A DNA stretch of 64,000 bases from Parcubacteria group bacterium (GTDB taxonomy: Bacteria > Patescibacteriota > Minisyncoccia > Phycocordibacterales > UBA2100), in NCBI GenBank assembly GCA_943358385.1, contig CALRGX010000001.1, forward strand, positions 2,380-66,379, read 5' to 3'. Of this stretch, positions 27,019 to 37,356 are shown piece after piece. Positions within the stretch are counted from its first letter, which is position 1; the number at the start of each line of letters is the position of its first letter. Below the pieces are notes generated by a model, which was not told where the DNA came from, ran no database searches, and saw only the letters and a program-made list of their open reading frames with translations. A program made the position numbers and the translations under genes.

Positions 27019-27291
27019 TTATTTAACAGCGTCCTTCAGCGTCTTTGAAGCGCTAAACTTAGGAACGCGCATCGATGGAATCTGCACTGCCTCTCCGGTG
27101 CGTGGGTTTCTGCCTTCGCGCGCGGCACGTATGCGTGCGGTGAATTTGCCCAGCCCTGCGATAGCTACCTCTTCGCCTTTCTTGAGCGTCCCGGTAATGG
27201 TATCGAGTACCACGTCCATCATGCGCTCTGCGTCTGCTTTAGTGCATCCACACTTCTCGGCTATCTTGTCGATAATGTCTGCCTTGTTCAT
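27019..27291 (-). CDS. hup: HU/IHF-family nucleoid DNA-binding protein
   Basis: MNKADIIDKIAEK...GFGKF-like arm RIRAAREGRNPRTGEAVQIP and 90-aa length. Confidence 0.9.
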   Translation of the reverse strand: MNKADIIDKIAEKCGCTKADAERMMDVVLDTITGTLKKGEEVAIAGLGKFTARIRAAREGRNPRTGEAVQIPSMRVPKFSASKTLKDAVK

Positions 27292-27470
27292 AGGTATTGT
27301 GTATAAATATCATTAATCTCGACCAAGAGGATACACCTACATTCTTTGGCAAACTGAATTTCGTGTCAACCCTGCGGAAAATCAAGTGTGAATAGTGATT
27401 TATTAGCAAATATATTGTGTAATGTTTTGTGACTCAATGTTTGGTGTGCACATGATAAAATCATGAACAT

Positions 27471-28034
27471 ATGAAAATAGGTATTATGGGGGAAAAAGGG
27501 AGTTTTAGTGAGCAGGCTGCACGTGTGTATTGTTCAGAAAACCCTTTGTTTAATTGGGAAATTGACTATTTGGTGAATGCAGAGCGCGTCCTCACTGCTG
27601 TGGAGGAAGGTCAGACAGATCGCGGTATTTTTCCCATAGAAAACAGCAATGGTGGTATTGTCATTGAGGCAGTGCATGCGATGGCGAAGCACAATTTTGA
27701 GATTGAGAAAATGTTTGAAATCGAAGTAAAACACAATCTTTTAGTGTTGCCAGGGACCAAGGCCAGTGACATCACGGCTATCACATCTCACGATCAAGCC
27801 ATAAAACAGTGCCGCATGTACCTGAAGCGCGTGTGGCCACAGGTAGATATTCAAGTGTATGCTGATACAGCTCTGGCAGCAAAAGACATAAAAAATGGCG
27901 TTCTTCCCCCTACGGCAGCAGCGGTTGCGTCAAAAGGAGCGGCGGAATTGTACGGGTTAGAGATTCTTGAGGAAGGTATCCAGGACCTAAAGTTCAACTA
28001 CACCACATTTATCGTTGCGAAAAAGAGAGCCTAG
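27471..28034 (+). CDS. pheA: prephenate dehydratase catalytic (PDT) domain protein
   Basis: MKIGIMGEKGSFSEQAA start and ~185 aa PDT domain. No ACT regulatory domain. Confidence 0.7.
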   Translation: MKIGIMGEKGSFSEQAARVYCSENPLFNWEIDYLVNAERVLTAVEEGQTDRGIFPIENSNGGIVIEAVHAMAKHNFEIEKMFEIEVKHNLLVLPGTKASDITAITSHDQAIKQCRMYLKRVWPQVDIQVYADTALAAKDIKNGVLPPTAAAVASKGAAELYGLEILEEGIQDLKFNYTTFIVAKKRA

Positions 28035-28339
28035 TTGATGCTCTCGATGATGGGGGTGGTGCTCGATATGGCTGTTTCTTCCATCCGTATTGTTGAGGTT
28101 GATTCAGAAAGAGCGACCCATTCGAGGGGTTGTTCAAGCGCCGCTGCCGAAGGAGTCGCGTCTACTGCCTGTAGTGCCGCTGCGGGGAGCGCATCGGCGA
28201 CTTCAAGTGGACTCGAGGCTTGTACACCTACAAACAACAGCAAAGCCGCCACACCAAGACCAGCGAGTGCTCGCAGTTCAGCTGTTTGGAGGATAGGTTG
28301 TTCGCACAGGTCATCGCCACTCATTTCTGTAGGATTCAT
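28031..28339 (-). CDS. small hypothetical membrane protein (~102 aa)
   Basis: Start set at MNPTEMSG so the gene does not overlap the rny terminator hairpin. It has one TM segment (ALAGLGVAALLLFVGV). Confidence 0.4.
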   Translation of the reverse strand: MNPTEMSGDDLCEQPILQTAELRALAGLGVAALLLFVGVQASSPLEVADALPAAALQAVDATPSAAALEQPLEWVALSESTSTIRMEETAISSTTPIIESIN

Positions 28340-28386
28340 GTTATGAGGATACCATGTGCACGCTCTTATGGTGTATGTGTACAAAA

Positions 28387-28412
28387 GAAAAACCGGCTGA
28401 CGCCGGTTTTTC
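28387..28412 (-). terminator. terminator downstream of rny
   Basis: gaaaaaccggc-tgac-gccggtttttc. Confidence 0.65.
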
Positions 28413-28427
28413 TTTTTAGAGAAGAAT

Positions 28428-29957
28428 CTATCGTGCGAACTCAATAACCCTGTTCTCTCGAATCACGTGCACTTTGATTTCACCTGGGTACTGCATTTCG
28501 CTTTCAATATCCAGAGCGATAGCACGAGCCATGTCGCGAGCTTCAAGGTCTGAGATCTCTTCGGGGCGCACAAAGACGCGTACTTCGCGTCCTGCCTGGA
28601 TTGCGTAGACTTTCTCGATACCTTTTTGGCGTTTGGCGATTGCTTCAAGATCTTCAAGACGTTTTATGTACTGTTCTACTGAATCGCGACGTGCACCGGG
28701 GCGTGCACCTGAAAGTGCGTCCGCCACCTGTACAATCATGCTCTCTGGAGTCTCGTACGGGTATTCTTCGTGGTGGGCCTGCATGGCGAGGATCACGCGC
28801 TCGTCGACATTGAATTTTTGGAGAATGCGGCGACCAATTTCAACGTGTGTTCCCGGAACTTCATGGTCGACTGCCTTACCGATATCGTGGAAGAGTGCCC
28901 CCGCGCGAGCGATGGCAACATTTGCACCCAATTCTTCGGCAAGAATAGCTGCGACATGGCTCATTTCCACCGAGTGCGCGAGCACATTTTGGCCGTAACT
29001 GGTGCGGAAGTAGAGGCGGCCAAGGATTTGCACCAACTTAGGATCAAGGTTGGTCACACGTGCTTCAAATGCCGCCTCTTCGCCTTTTTTCTTCATAATC
29101 TGGCTGATTTCCTCGTGCGCCTTCTGTACTACTTCTTCAATGCGCGCTGGCTGGATGCGGCCATCCATGATGAGGTTTTCAAGAGCTACACGCGCTACCT
29201 GGCGACGTGCGGGGTCGAATGAGGAAAGGGTAATGGTGCCCGGTGTGTCGTCTACGATAACATCAACACCTGTTGCGCGCTCAAAGGCGCGGATGTTGCG
29301 GCCCTCCTTGCCGATAATCTTTCCTTTGATCTCTTCATTCGGAAGTTGCACCGTCGTCGACAGTATGTCTGCGGTCATTGAGTTTCCGATGCGATGCACG
29401 GCAGTCACCAAAATATCGCGGGCTTTTGCCTCGAGTTTCTCTCGTCCTGCCAGTTCCATCTTGTGAATACGAGAGAGAAGGTCTTCTTCATACTGCTTCT
29501 CGATGGTCTTCATCAGCTCGAGTTTTGCCTCTTCTTTATCAAGCTGCGCTACTTTTTCGAGCTCGAGAGAGCGCTGCGCTGCCATACCATCGACACGCTC
29601 CTTAAGTTTTTTCACCTCCTCAATCTTGGTCCTCAGTTCAGTCTGCTCACCGTCCAGATTCTGTTGGCGTTTGTCCAACAGTTTTTCACGGTCAATTAAA
29701 CGTTCTTCGGTTTTTTTGAGGTCGCGCTCTTTTTCTTTTCGCTCAACCTCTGCTTTTTCTGTGCGCTCCTTGGCCTCAGTTTCAGCCTTTTCAGTGACGC
29801 GCTGCGCCTCTTCCTGGGCTTCGAGTCGCATCTGCTTGATCTCGAGCTCCATTGAGCCGCGTTTCCCCAGGCTAATAATCCATCGCAGGAAGTACCCAAA
29901 TGCAATACCAATAACCCCTGAAAGGGCGACGAGCATAAGAACAACTTTTAATGACAT
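28428..29957 (-). CDS. rny: ribonuclease Y
   Basis: N-terminal TM helix, coiled coil, KH domain (IIGKEGRNIRAFERATG) and HD domain (LFHDIGKA). Confidence 0.9.
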   Translation of the reverse strand: MSLKVVLMLVALSGVIGIAFGYFLRWIISLGKRGSMELEIKQMRLEAQEEAQRVTEKAETEAKERTEKAEVERKEKERDLKKTEERLIDREKLLDKRQQNLDGEQTELRTKIEEVKKLKERVDGMAAQRSLELEKVAQLDKEEAKLELMKTIEKQYEEDLLSRIHKMELAGREKLEAKARDILVTAVHRIGNSMTADILSTTVQLPNEEIKGKIIGKEGRNIRAFERATGVDVIVDDTPGTITLSSFDPARRQVARVALENLIMDGRIQPARIEEVVQKAHEEISQIMKKKGEEAAFEARVTNLDPKLVQILGRLYFRTSYGQNVLAHSVEMSHVAAILAEELGANVAIARAGALFHDIGKAVDHEVPGTHVEIGRRILQKFNVDERVILAMQAHHEEYPYETPESMIVQVADALSGARPGARRDSVEQYIKRLEDLEAIAKRQKGIEKVYAIQAGREVRVFVRPEEISDLEARDMARAIALDIESEMQYPGEIKVHVIRENRVIEFAR

Positions 29958-30114
29958 ACGCCTTTAGGCGCACGACAAGACTACGGTTTACACGCTATTG
30001 TACGAGGGAAACTGATGATTTGCTGTATAAACGTCATATTCTGGGCGCACGCAATATTACTTAATTTTTAGATAACTGTGGGTTCAGTATACCGCAGCGT
30101 TTTTGGAAAGCCAA

Positions 30115-30154
30115 CAAAAGCACACCGCAGGCAAGGCCTGCGGTGTGCTTTTGG
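30115..30154 (-). terminator. terminator downstream of clpP
   Basis: aaaagcacaccgcaggc-aag-gcctgcggtgtgctttt. Confidence 0.65.
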
Positions 30155-30166
30155 TTTTAAGAGCTT

Positions 30167-30775
30167 CTACTTCAGTACCTTGTCGACAATGCCGTATTTT
30201 ACTGCCTCGTCTGCCTCCATGAAGAAATCACGGTCGATGTCCCCTTGAATCTTTTTGAGAGGCTGTCCAGTGTTTTTAGCGAGCATTTGAGCCAATATTT
30301 CACGCATACGGATGATGCGGCGCGCGCTAATTTCGATATCAGATGCCTGGCCCTGGGCGCCACCATGCGGCTGGTGGATCATCACTTCTGCATGGGGGAG
30401 CACAAAACGCTTGCCTTTCGCGCCGCACGAGAGAATCATGGCACCCATGGATGCTGCCATGCCCACACACACGGTCGAAACGTCCGCCTTAATGTGATTC
30501 ATAGTGTCGATGATGGCCATACCGTCGGTCACCACACCGCCTGGCGAGTTGATGTACAGGGAGATATCTTTTTTTGGATCCTCTGAGTCCAGGAAGAGGA
30601 GTTGTGCAATGACGAGGTTGGCCACATGGTCATCAATGGGGCCACCCAAAAAGACGATGCGTTCCTTCAGGAGACGTGAGTAAATATCGTAGGCTCGCTC
30701 TCCCATACCCGTCTTTTCGACGACCATCGGCACCAGCTGCGCTCTTGGTTGTTTGTGTGTGTTGCTGTTTTCCAT
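30167..30775 (-). CDS. clpP: ATP-dependent Clp protease proteolytic subunit
   Basis: [21 protein letters not shown] and the catalytic Ser context GMAASMGA. Start set at MENSN. Confidence 0.9.
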   Translation of the reverse strand: MENSNTHKQPRAQLVPMVVEKTGMGERAYDIYSRLLKERIVFLGGPIDDHVANLVIAQLLFLDSEDPKKDISLYINSPGGVVTDGMAIIDTMNHIKADVSTVCVGMAASMGAMILSCGAKGKRFVLPHAEVMIHQPHGGAQGQASDIEISARRIIRMREILAQMLAKNTGQPLKKIQGDIDRDFFMEADEAVKYGIVDKVLK

Positions 30776-30900
30776 GGAGAGAGCGTAACACAGGCACCGA
30801 GTGGGTGCTACCCAGACTCCCTTTCGAAAAAGCACTTGTGCTATGTGATACCAAAATGAACGACCTCGTGGGTCGTTCATTTACAAGGAATCTAGAAATA

Positions 30901-31986
30901 CTACTTCTGCTCTTCGAGCCACTTCAACACCGCTTCGTTTCTGAGCATGTGCTCGAAATAGGCACGCACGTTGTGCTCTTGGGCATCTTTGTGGTGCTTC
31001 ATAGTGTGCGTCACGTGCGCGGTCACTTCATCGGGGTTTGCTTTGATACCCTCCTTCATGGCGATGTCACCCAAAATGAGCTGCACTTTTGCTCGCTTTT
31101 CAGCCGGCTCGTGCCATTCCTGGTGGAGTTCGTCGTGTGTTTTCTTAATATTCTTCAGGTAGTCAGCAAGGTTGGTACCGGCACGTGCCAAATCATCGGC
31201 AAACTGTGCTTCCATCTTGTCGATTTCGTGATAGATGAGCGAGTGGGGAACACCCAGTGTGGTCTTGGCGAGAATCGCATCGATGATAGAGATGCGCACT
31301 TTGTCCTTCTCTTGCGCTTCCTTATCGGTCTTTATGTTGCCCTGCAATTTCTCAGTAAACTTTTCTGCGCTTTCATAGCCTAATCCTTTTACAAACTCAT
31401 CGTCAATTGGCGGCAAATCTTTCTCTTCCAATTCTTTAATCTTTTCTGCAGCATCCTCTGGTTTTTCACCTTTTTCAATAAATTCTATCTTTGCGCGCTC
31501 TTTGCGTAGGTACAAAAGCACGTCCTGCAGTTCTTTTTCGGTTACCTCGACCGTCGTGCGCTTGGCGTTCTCTCTTGCGGCGAGCGCTTTGTAATCGGGC
31601 AGCTCAATAGTTGGCAACACTTCCACAGTGACGGTGAACCCAAGCGGATTGCCTGGAGCGAGTTTCGTCACGCTCACTTTGGGTGTCGAGATTCCGGGCA
31701 CGCGTTCTGCGGCCAAAAGAAGAGGTAGCTCTTCCTGGATCGCAACGTCAGCAGTTTCCTGCAGAATAGTGCCTTCGCCCAGGTTCTTCAGAATGATTGC
31801 CTCAGGCACGTGGCCTTTGCGAAAGCCGTCCATGGAGGCGTCCTTCTGGAGTCGACGCAGGGCTTTTGCGCGATATTTTTCCACCTCGCTCCATGGCAAT
31901 TCCGCCTTGATTTCCAGTGTTGCGTGTGGTTTGTCCTCGGTCTTGGAGACCGCGGTGCAGTGGTGTTTTATTTCTTGTTCGGTCAT
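30901..31986 (-). CDS. tig: trigger factor (short form)
   Basis: N-terminal ribosome-binding signature DGFRKGHVP and tig-clpP gene order. Only ~360 aa, so the PPIase domain appears reduced or absent. Confidence 0.75.
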   Translation of the reverse strand: MTEQEIKHHCTAVSKTEDKPHATLEIKAELPWSEVEKYRAKALRRLQKDASMDGFRKGHVPEAIILKNLGEGTILQETADVAIQEELPLLLAAERVPGISTPKVSVTKLAPGNPLGFTVTVEVLPTIELPDYKALAARENAKRTTVEVTEKELQDVLLYLRKERAKIEFIEKGEKPEDAAEKIKELEEKDLPPIDDEFVKGLGYESAEKFTEKLQGNIKTDKEAQEKDKVRISIIDAILAKTTLGVPHSLIYHEIDKMEAQFADDLARAGTNLADYLKNIKKTHDELHQEWHEPAEKRAKVQLILGDIAMKEGIKANPDEVTAHVTHTMKHHKDAQEHNVRAYFEHMLRNEAVLKWLEEQK

Positions 31987-32062
31987 ACAAGAGTGGAGCA
32001 TATCAACAAAAAGAGCGCCCGCCAAATGGCGGGCGCTCTTTTTACCAGGTCACTGGGAGTGC

Positions 32063-32425
32063 CTAATAATTCTCAATTGCTTGCAAATCAGCGTCGATAC
32101 TTGCCTCCAGCTGCTGCATGTATGCATCATCCGCATCCTTTTCTATTGCCGCAGGCTCGTCCGAGGTGGAGAGGGCTGCGTTGTCTTGCACGGGAGCTGC
32201 CTGTACCTGCTGCTCATCGCCCAGAATCATAGGCAATGTTTCAGGTGTCTGTTCTTTTTCTATTTGCATACCCCAGAAGTACAAACCTCCGAAGATAAGC
32301 AACGCAATGATAATCACTGCTCCCACGATAGGGCCAATCCCACCCTTAGCCTCAGGTGCAATGGTGTGCACTGGCTGCTGCGCAGTGTCGATTGGTGTGG
32401 TATTTGGTGTTTGGTTAGGTTCCAT
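32063..32425 (-). CDS. hypothetical small membrane protein
   Basis: One TM helix (IGPIVGAVIIIALLIFGGLYFWG) and an acidic C-terminal tail. Confidence 0.45.
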   Translation of the reverse strand: MEPNQTPNTTPIDTAQQPVHTIAPEAKGGIGPIVGAVIIIALLIFGGLYFWGMQIEKEQTPETLPMILGDEQQVQAAPVQDNAALSTSDEPAAIEKDADDAYMQQLEASIDADLQAIENY

Positions 32426-32442
32426 GGCTCGAATTATAACTA

Positions 32443-33333
32443 CTAGTTTTGAGTCTCAGCTGAAGCATCAACAGCGGCACTTGCTGCAGGGCGAGGGATT
32501 GCCTTGAGTGCATCGAGCGCGGCTTTAATCGCAACGTGTGCAGCTTTCACCGCATCACCTGCTGTTTTGGTGGCAGTGCGTACTGTTTCCATCTGTGCGC
32601 GAGGGTCCTCGGCACCCGCTGCTGCATCAATGGCTGCTTGCGCTTCGCTTACCTTAGCTCCTGCAGTATCAATAGCTGTTTGAGCTGCGGTAGCGGCCGT
32701 CTGTGCCGCGGCCGTATCTGCTCCGCCCTCGTTAAGTTTTGTAATGCGGGTGTTGATGCGCAACATAATCTGCGCAAAACGCTCTGTAGCGTTGGTGAGG
32801 CGCGTCATCATGAGTTTCAGGTGCGACACCATCTTCCCACGAGCTTCTTGGCGTAATTCCTTTCTCTGACCTTTGTTTTCTTCAAACAAAGCCTTGCGGT
32901 CTTCCTTCACGTCACCGCGGAACTCTGCGCGTGTGCCTCGGGCTTCCTCCATAATCGCTTTCTTTTCCTCGGGTGTTGTTGCCGCATCGAGTTTGGCTTT
33001 CATCTCTGCATTCATTTCTGCTCGGTCTTCTTTTACCTCTGCGCGGAACTCTTTGCGCTCGCCCATGTTCTCTTCTTTGAGATCCATGCGCTTCTCCTTG
33101 ATGTCCATGCGATCTTCTTTAATTTCTCCACGCATTTCTTTTAGATTCTCTTTCGCCTGCTGCGCTTTCTCTTTCAGCATCTTTCCAGGAGCAGGTCGCG
33201 GCACGGGTGGCTGTGTCGCACCGGTATCTTCCTGTGCAGAGGCAATGGTGATGCTTGCAGCAAACACTCCCACTATCAGGGTGAGTGCAGCTAGCAACTG
33301 CACCGCCTCATGTTTCATGACCTTTGTATTCAT
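32443..33333 (-). CDS. secreted repetitive charged protein (KEDR/KEER repeats)
   Basis: Signal peptide (MNTKVMKHEAVQLLAALTLIVGVFAASITIASA), then tandem charged repeats (EIKEDRMDIKEKRMDLKEENMGERKEFRAEVKEDRAEMNAEMKAK) and an Ala-rich tail. Confidence 0.5.
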   Translation of the reverse strand: MNTKVMKHEAVQLLAALTLIVGVFAASITIASAQEDTGATQPPVPRPAPGKMLKEKAQQAKENLKEMRGEIKEDRMDIKEKRMDLKEENMGERKEFRAEVKEDRAEMNAEMKAKLDAATTPEEKKAIMEEARGTRAEFRGDVKEDRKALFEENKGQRKELRQEARGKMVSHLKLMMTRLTNATERFAQIMLRINTRITKLNEGGADTAAAQTAATAAQTAIDTAGAKVSEAQAAIDAAAGAEDPRAQMETVRTATKTAGDAVKAAHVAIKAALDALKAIPRPAASAAVDASAETQN

Positions 33334-33493
33334 ACGTCTCATTCTAGAACTAGTAATTAAAAGCACGAGCACATCCCGAGGTGGCTGTGTCCCTCACAGA
33401 ATAGCATTAAATTTTCATCCACCAGGGAGACGATGTGGGCGGTGCACTCTTACGAATCTATGGTACAAAAATGCTAGAACGAGATAGAAGGAA

Positions 33494-33835
33494 ATGAGTA
33501 TGGCCAGGAAATACATGCATGAAATCCCTCATGCACGGTCCATAAACCCACGAGACTTTGTGCCCAAAACAAAGGCGCAGCTTGCCGAACGACGCCAGGC
33601 GCGAGAGCGGTTGCGCGATGTGCTTGATGGTCATCACGGGCAACTTGCGTTCAAGTTGCAGTCGACACGCAGCCCAGCACGTGCGGTCCTCAGTAACCTC
33701 CTCTTGAATCCGTGGCCATTCGAGCAGTGGGAAGTAGCAACTATCATTCGCCTTTGGGCATGGGAAAACTTTAAAGGGCAGTTGGCTCTTGAACAGTACG
33801 ACCATGGCCACAAACGCATTATCTTCTATTGGTGA
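33494..33835 (+). CDS. hypothetical protein (113 aa)
   Basis: Clean ORF followed by a terminator. No motif recognised. Confidence 0.45.
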   Translation: MSMARKYMHEIPHARSINPRDFVPKTKAQLAERRQARERLRDVLDGHHGQLAFKLQSTRSPARAVLSNLLLNPWPFEQWEVATIIRLWAWENFKGQLALEQYDHGHKRIIFYW

Positions 33836-33852
33836 TGCCTAGGGCAAAAATC

Positions 33853-33880
33853 TGAAAGCGCGGCCTCTGACCGCGCTTTC
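33853..33880 (+). terminator. terminator hairpin
   Basis: gaaagcgcggc-ctctga-ccgcgctttc. Confidence 0.55.
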
Positions 33881-33944
33881 TCTATTTGCCGTACAGGGCC
33901 AACACGGTATACTCGCTGCATCACTACTAGTAAGAATAATAGGT

Positions 33945-34475
33945 ATGACCAATTTCAACACTGCATACACCCCTGGGGATTTGGATTCTTTTAAAGTGAA
34001 CACGGTCATTGAGATTCCAGAAAGGTCGATTCTCAAAATTGAGTACAACCGTACGACCTGTGCATTTGAGCTTGACCGAGTCGAGCCGGCCATTTTTGCA
34101 AAACCAGCCAACTACGGCTTTATTCCAGGCACCAAAGACGAAGATGGAGACGAGCTCGACACACTACTGATTACCGCTGAGCCGGTGCCCACAGGAGTGG
34201 TCGTCGAGGCTGCCATTATCGGCGTGCTGAACTTTGAAGACGATGGAGAAAAAGATCACAAAATCATCTGTGTTCCTGCGGACGATCGCGACAGTGGGAA
34301 TCGTATCAAAAGCCTGGATGATCTGGGTGAAATGTGGAAAAACAAGATTGAGTACCATTTCAACACCTATAAAGACCTTAAAAAGCGAGGCACTACGAAG
34401 GTATTGGGGTATGGTGATCGAGAACAGGCAGTTGCCGTGGTTAAAGACTGTATTGCTCGCTTCAAAGGCGAATAA
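33945..34475 (+). CDS. ppa: inorganic pyrophosphatase
   Basis: DGDELDTLL (the family DGDPLD motif) and family-I PPase length. Confidence 0.85.
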   Translation: MTNFNTAYTPGDLDSFKVNTVIEIPERSILKIEYNRTTCAFELDRVEPAIFAKPANYGFIPGTKDEDGDELDTLLITAEPVPTGVVVEAAIIGVLNFEDDGEKDHKIICVPADDRDSGNRIKSLDDLGEMWKNKIEYHFNTYKDLKKRGTTKVLGYGDREQAVAVVKDCIARFKGE

Positions 34476-34492
34476 ATGCTGAAAACAAAGGG

Positions 34493-34525
34493 AAAAAGGC
34501 CGCGCACAAAGTGCGCGGCCTTTTG
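34493..34525. terminator. bidirectional terminator between ppa and nusA
   Basis: aaaaaggccgcgcac-aaa-gtgcgcggccttttg. Confidence 0.7.
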
Positions 34526-34541
34526 TATGAAATGTATTTTC

Positions 34542-35747
34542 TTATTCCTCAAGTTTCTCAGCTTCCTGTGCGGCAACGGCGGCAACTTCAGGAGCTACTG
34601 TCGGTGCTTCAATTGGTGTTTGGCCACTTTCATCTGCCAATGATGAGCCACCCATCGAGCGGATGTCGATTTTCCATCCGGTAAGGCGTGCGGCGAGGCG
34701 CACGTTTTGGCCACCACGGCCAATGGCGAGCGACTGTTGGTCTTCGGCAACCTGGGCGGTTGCGCGGCCATCGTCTTCGGAAATGGTCACATCCTGAATC
34801 TCAGCAGGCTTCAATGCTTCACGCACGAACTCTGCCGGGTTCTCGCTCCACTCAACGACGTCAATCTTTTCACCACCAAGTTCCGAGGTAACCACGGCGA
34901 CGCGTACACCACGTTGGCCCACAAGTGCACCTACTGGGTCAATGTGCGAGTCTTTCGAGAAGATCGCAATTTTCGCACGGCTTCCCGGTTCGCGGACTAC
35001 CGCCTTTACTTCCAATGTTCCCTGTGCGAGTTCTGGCACTTCGGTCTCGAAGAGTTTCGTGAGGAAACGCGGGTGCGAGCGCGACAGTTTCAAGAATGAA
35101 CCACGGGCATTTTCGTCTACCTTAAAGAGAAGTGCGCGGATGCGTTCACCTTGGCGGTATCGCTCTCCTGGGATCTGTTCGTCGTAAGGAAGGATAGCAG
35201 TAGCGCGACCGAGGTCGATGAATAGATTACCTCGCTCGAAACGTTGCACGTGGCCAGTCACAATCTCACCTTCGCGCTCGCCGTACTCTGCCATCATTGA
35301 CTCTCGCTCTGCTTCACGAATTTTCTGGAGGATTACCTGCTTTGCGGCTTGTGCAGCAATGCGGCCGAATTCTTCGCGGGTTTCGAGTGGGAAGGTAATT
35401 TCCTCATCGAGCTGGACGTCTTTCTTCATACGACGCGCGTCATCAATCATGATGTGCTGTTCGGGGTTGAAGCGAGAGCGGTGGTCGTCGTCGGCGCGTT
35501 CTGGTTCCTTTTCGATGTCGTACACGAGAGAATCATCTACGACAATTTTTGCCTGTTTAAATTCCATCTCTCCGGTCTGTGGGTTAAACGTACAGCGGAT
35601 GATTTGGCTTTTCTTGCCGTACTCACGGCGATACGCGGTTGCAAGCGCAGTTGCAATTGCTGAAATAACTGAATCGCGAGAAACACCGCGCTCTTCGCGC
35701 AGTTCATCAAGAGCAAGGTTAAGTGCTTTAAGATCGAGCAAGGCCAT
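34542..35747 (-). CDS. nusA: transcription termination/antitermination factor NusA
   Basis: N-terminal domain, S1 and two KH domains; MALLDLKALNLALDELREERGVSRDSV N-terminus. Confidence 0.9.
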   Translation of the reverse strand: MALLDLKALNLALDELREERGVSRDSVISAIATALATAYRREYGKKSQIIRCTFNPQTGEMEFKQAKIVVDDSLVYDIEKEPERADDDHRSRFNPEQHIMIDDARRMKKDVQLDEEITFPLETREEFGRIAAQAAKQVILQKIREAERESMMAEYGEREGEIVTGHVQRFERGNLFIDLGRATAILPYDEQIPGERYRQGERIRALLFKVDENARGSFLKLSRSHPRFLTKLFETEVPELAQGTLEVKAVVREPGSRAKIAIFSKDSHIDPVGALVGQRGVRVAVVTSELGGEKIDVVEWSENPAEFVREALKPAEIQDVTISEDDGRATAQVAEDQQSLAIGRGGQNVRLAARLTGWKIDIRSMGGSSLADESGQTPIEAPTVAPEVAAVAAQEAEKLEE

Positions 35748-35884
35748 AACGTACTAATTAATTTGATAGTTATATAAAGGGGAACCAATCTATCGCCATA
35801 AACAGAGAAAGTCCGGCGCGTGCCGGACTGACATACATTGCTGTATTCAGCGATAGGTGCATTATAGCGCGTTTGCAGGAAAAA

Positions 35885-35934
35885 TGCAACCCCCACATAT
35901 TAGGCCGCAGTGCGGCTAAGGTGTGTGGGCCAGC
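35885..35934. repeat. copy 2 of the ~50-nt palindromic intergenic repeat (copy 1 at 13934-13984)
   Basis: tgcaacccccacatattaggccgcagtgcggctaaggtgtgtgggccagc. Confidence 0.6.
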
Positions 35935-36023
35935 ATATCGCCAAAAAGGCTCAGACATGCAGGCATTTCTGCATCACTGCTTGTTCACCGCGAATATTTC
36001 AACGTCCGTGCTACGATTTCTCG

Positions 36024-37262
36024 ATGCATATAATCAATTCACCTGCGTGCGGAGCATGCCAGATACGGCTTCTTGATGTTGCCCAAGGATTAGAACTTTC
36101 AACCAAAGAACGAGCGATTTTGGAACACGCGCAGCGCGTCGTCACGACCACTATGCCGGTCAGCATGGACGATGGCTCCACACGCGTTTTCACTGGACTA
36201 CGTGTTCAATACAATGACGCACTGGGCCCGACCAAGGGTGGGCTGCGCTATCACTCCGAGGTAGATGCGGGAGAGGTACAAGAGCTGGCTTTTTTGATGA
36301 TGCTTAAGAATTCTCTGGCTGGTTTACCGTATGGTGGCGGCAAAGGAGGTATCACCTGCGACCCTAAAAAACTCAGCACCACGGAGCTCGAGCGTCTCAC
36401 GCGCAGTTTTGTACGGGCACTGGGTACCACTGTGGGGCCGGAAACAGATATTCCTGCTCCCGACGTGAATACCGGCGCTCAGACCATGGATTGGTTTGTG
36501 GATGAATACGAAAAGATGGTGGGTCATCCGGCGCGAGCAGTCGTTACCGGAAAATCTGTGTCGGAAGGAGGTTCTTTGGGTCGCGATAGTGCTACGGGGC
36601 GCGGAGGCGTCTATCTATTGGAGAAATATGCACAGGAGCAAGGATGGAGCCCCAAAGAAACCACCATTGCCATACAGGGATTTGGGAATGTAGGGGGCTG
36701 GTTTGCACGTTTGGCCGTCGAGCTAGGGTTCACGGTGGTTGCGGTATCAGGAAGCAAGGGGGGAGTATATGCACCCGAAGGTCTGGCGAAAGCAGCACTG
36801 GAAACGGCGCTTACGTCAAAAACATTTCCGGCAGGTAAGGAAATAACAAACGAAGAGCTTTTGGCGCTTCCGGTGCGTGTGTTGGTGCCGTCGGCGCTTG
36901 CGCACCAAATCCATAAATACAACGCCTCAACGGTACAGGCCGAACTGGTGATTGAGATGGCCAATGCTCCTATTACGGTGGGTGCTGATGACATTCTTGC
37001 ACAAGAAAAGGTTGTGGTGATTCCGGATATTTTGGCAAATGGTGGTGGGGTGACCGTGAGCTACTTCGAATGGGTGCAAAATCGCGCGCAAGAATCGTGG
37101 GAGGAGAACAAGGTAAACGAGTTGCTGAAAAAAAGCATGCTCGATGCATATGAACGCGTATCAGTGAGGAGAAAAAAAGTGGGGAATACATTGCGCCAGG
37201 CGGCGTACCACGAATCTATTGAGCGCATTCTCAACGCAGAACGCGCACGTGGACGCGTGTAG
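36024..37262 (+). CDS. gdhA: Glu/Leu/Phe/Val dehydrogenase family (glutamate dehydrogenase)
   Basis: Catalytic region GGKGGITCDP and NAD(P)-binding GFGNVGGW. Start chosen at an internal Met; the tracked ORF begins at 35910. Confidence 0.8.
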   Translation: MHIINSPACGACQIRLLDVAQGLELSTKERAILEHAQRVVTTTMPVSMDDGSTRVFTGLRVQYNDALGPTKGGLRYHSEVDAGEVQELAFLMMLKNSLAGLPYGGGKGGITCDPKKLSTTELERLTRSFVRALGTTVGPETDIPAPDVNTGAQTMDWFVDEYEKMVGHPARAVVTGKSVSEGGSLGRDSATGRGGVYLLEKYAQEQGWSPKETTIAIQGFGNVGGWFARLAVELGFTVVAVSGSKGGVYAPEGLAKAALETALTSKTFPAGKEITNEELLALPVRVLVPSALAHQIHKYNASTVQAELVIEMANAPITVGADDILAQEKVVVIPDILANGGGVTVSYFEWVQNRAQESWEENKVNELLKKSMLDAYERVSVRRKKVGNTLRQAAYHESIERILNAERARGRV

Positions 37263-37356
37263 ACGAAAACACTTGCTATAATCGATGTGCGCATGACGCA
37301 TGTCTTTGTAGACATGGGTACTTCTTTTGTTTGTGTTTGATGTCCGAGACTCCGCT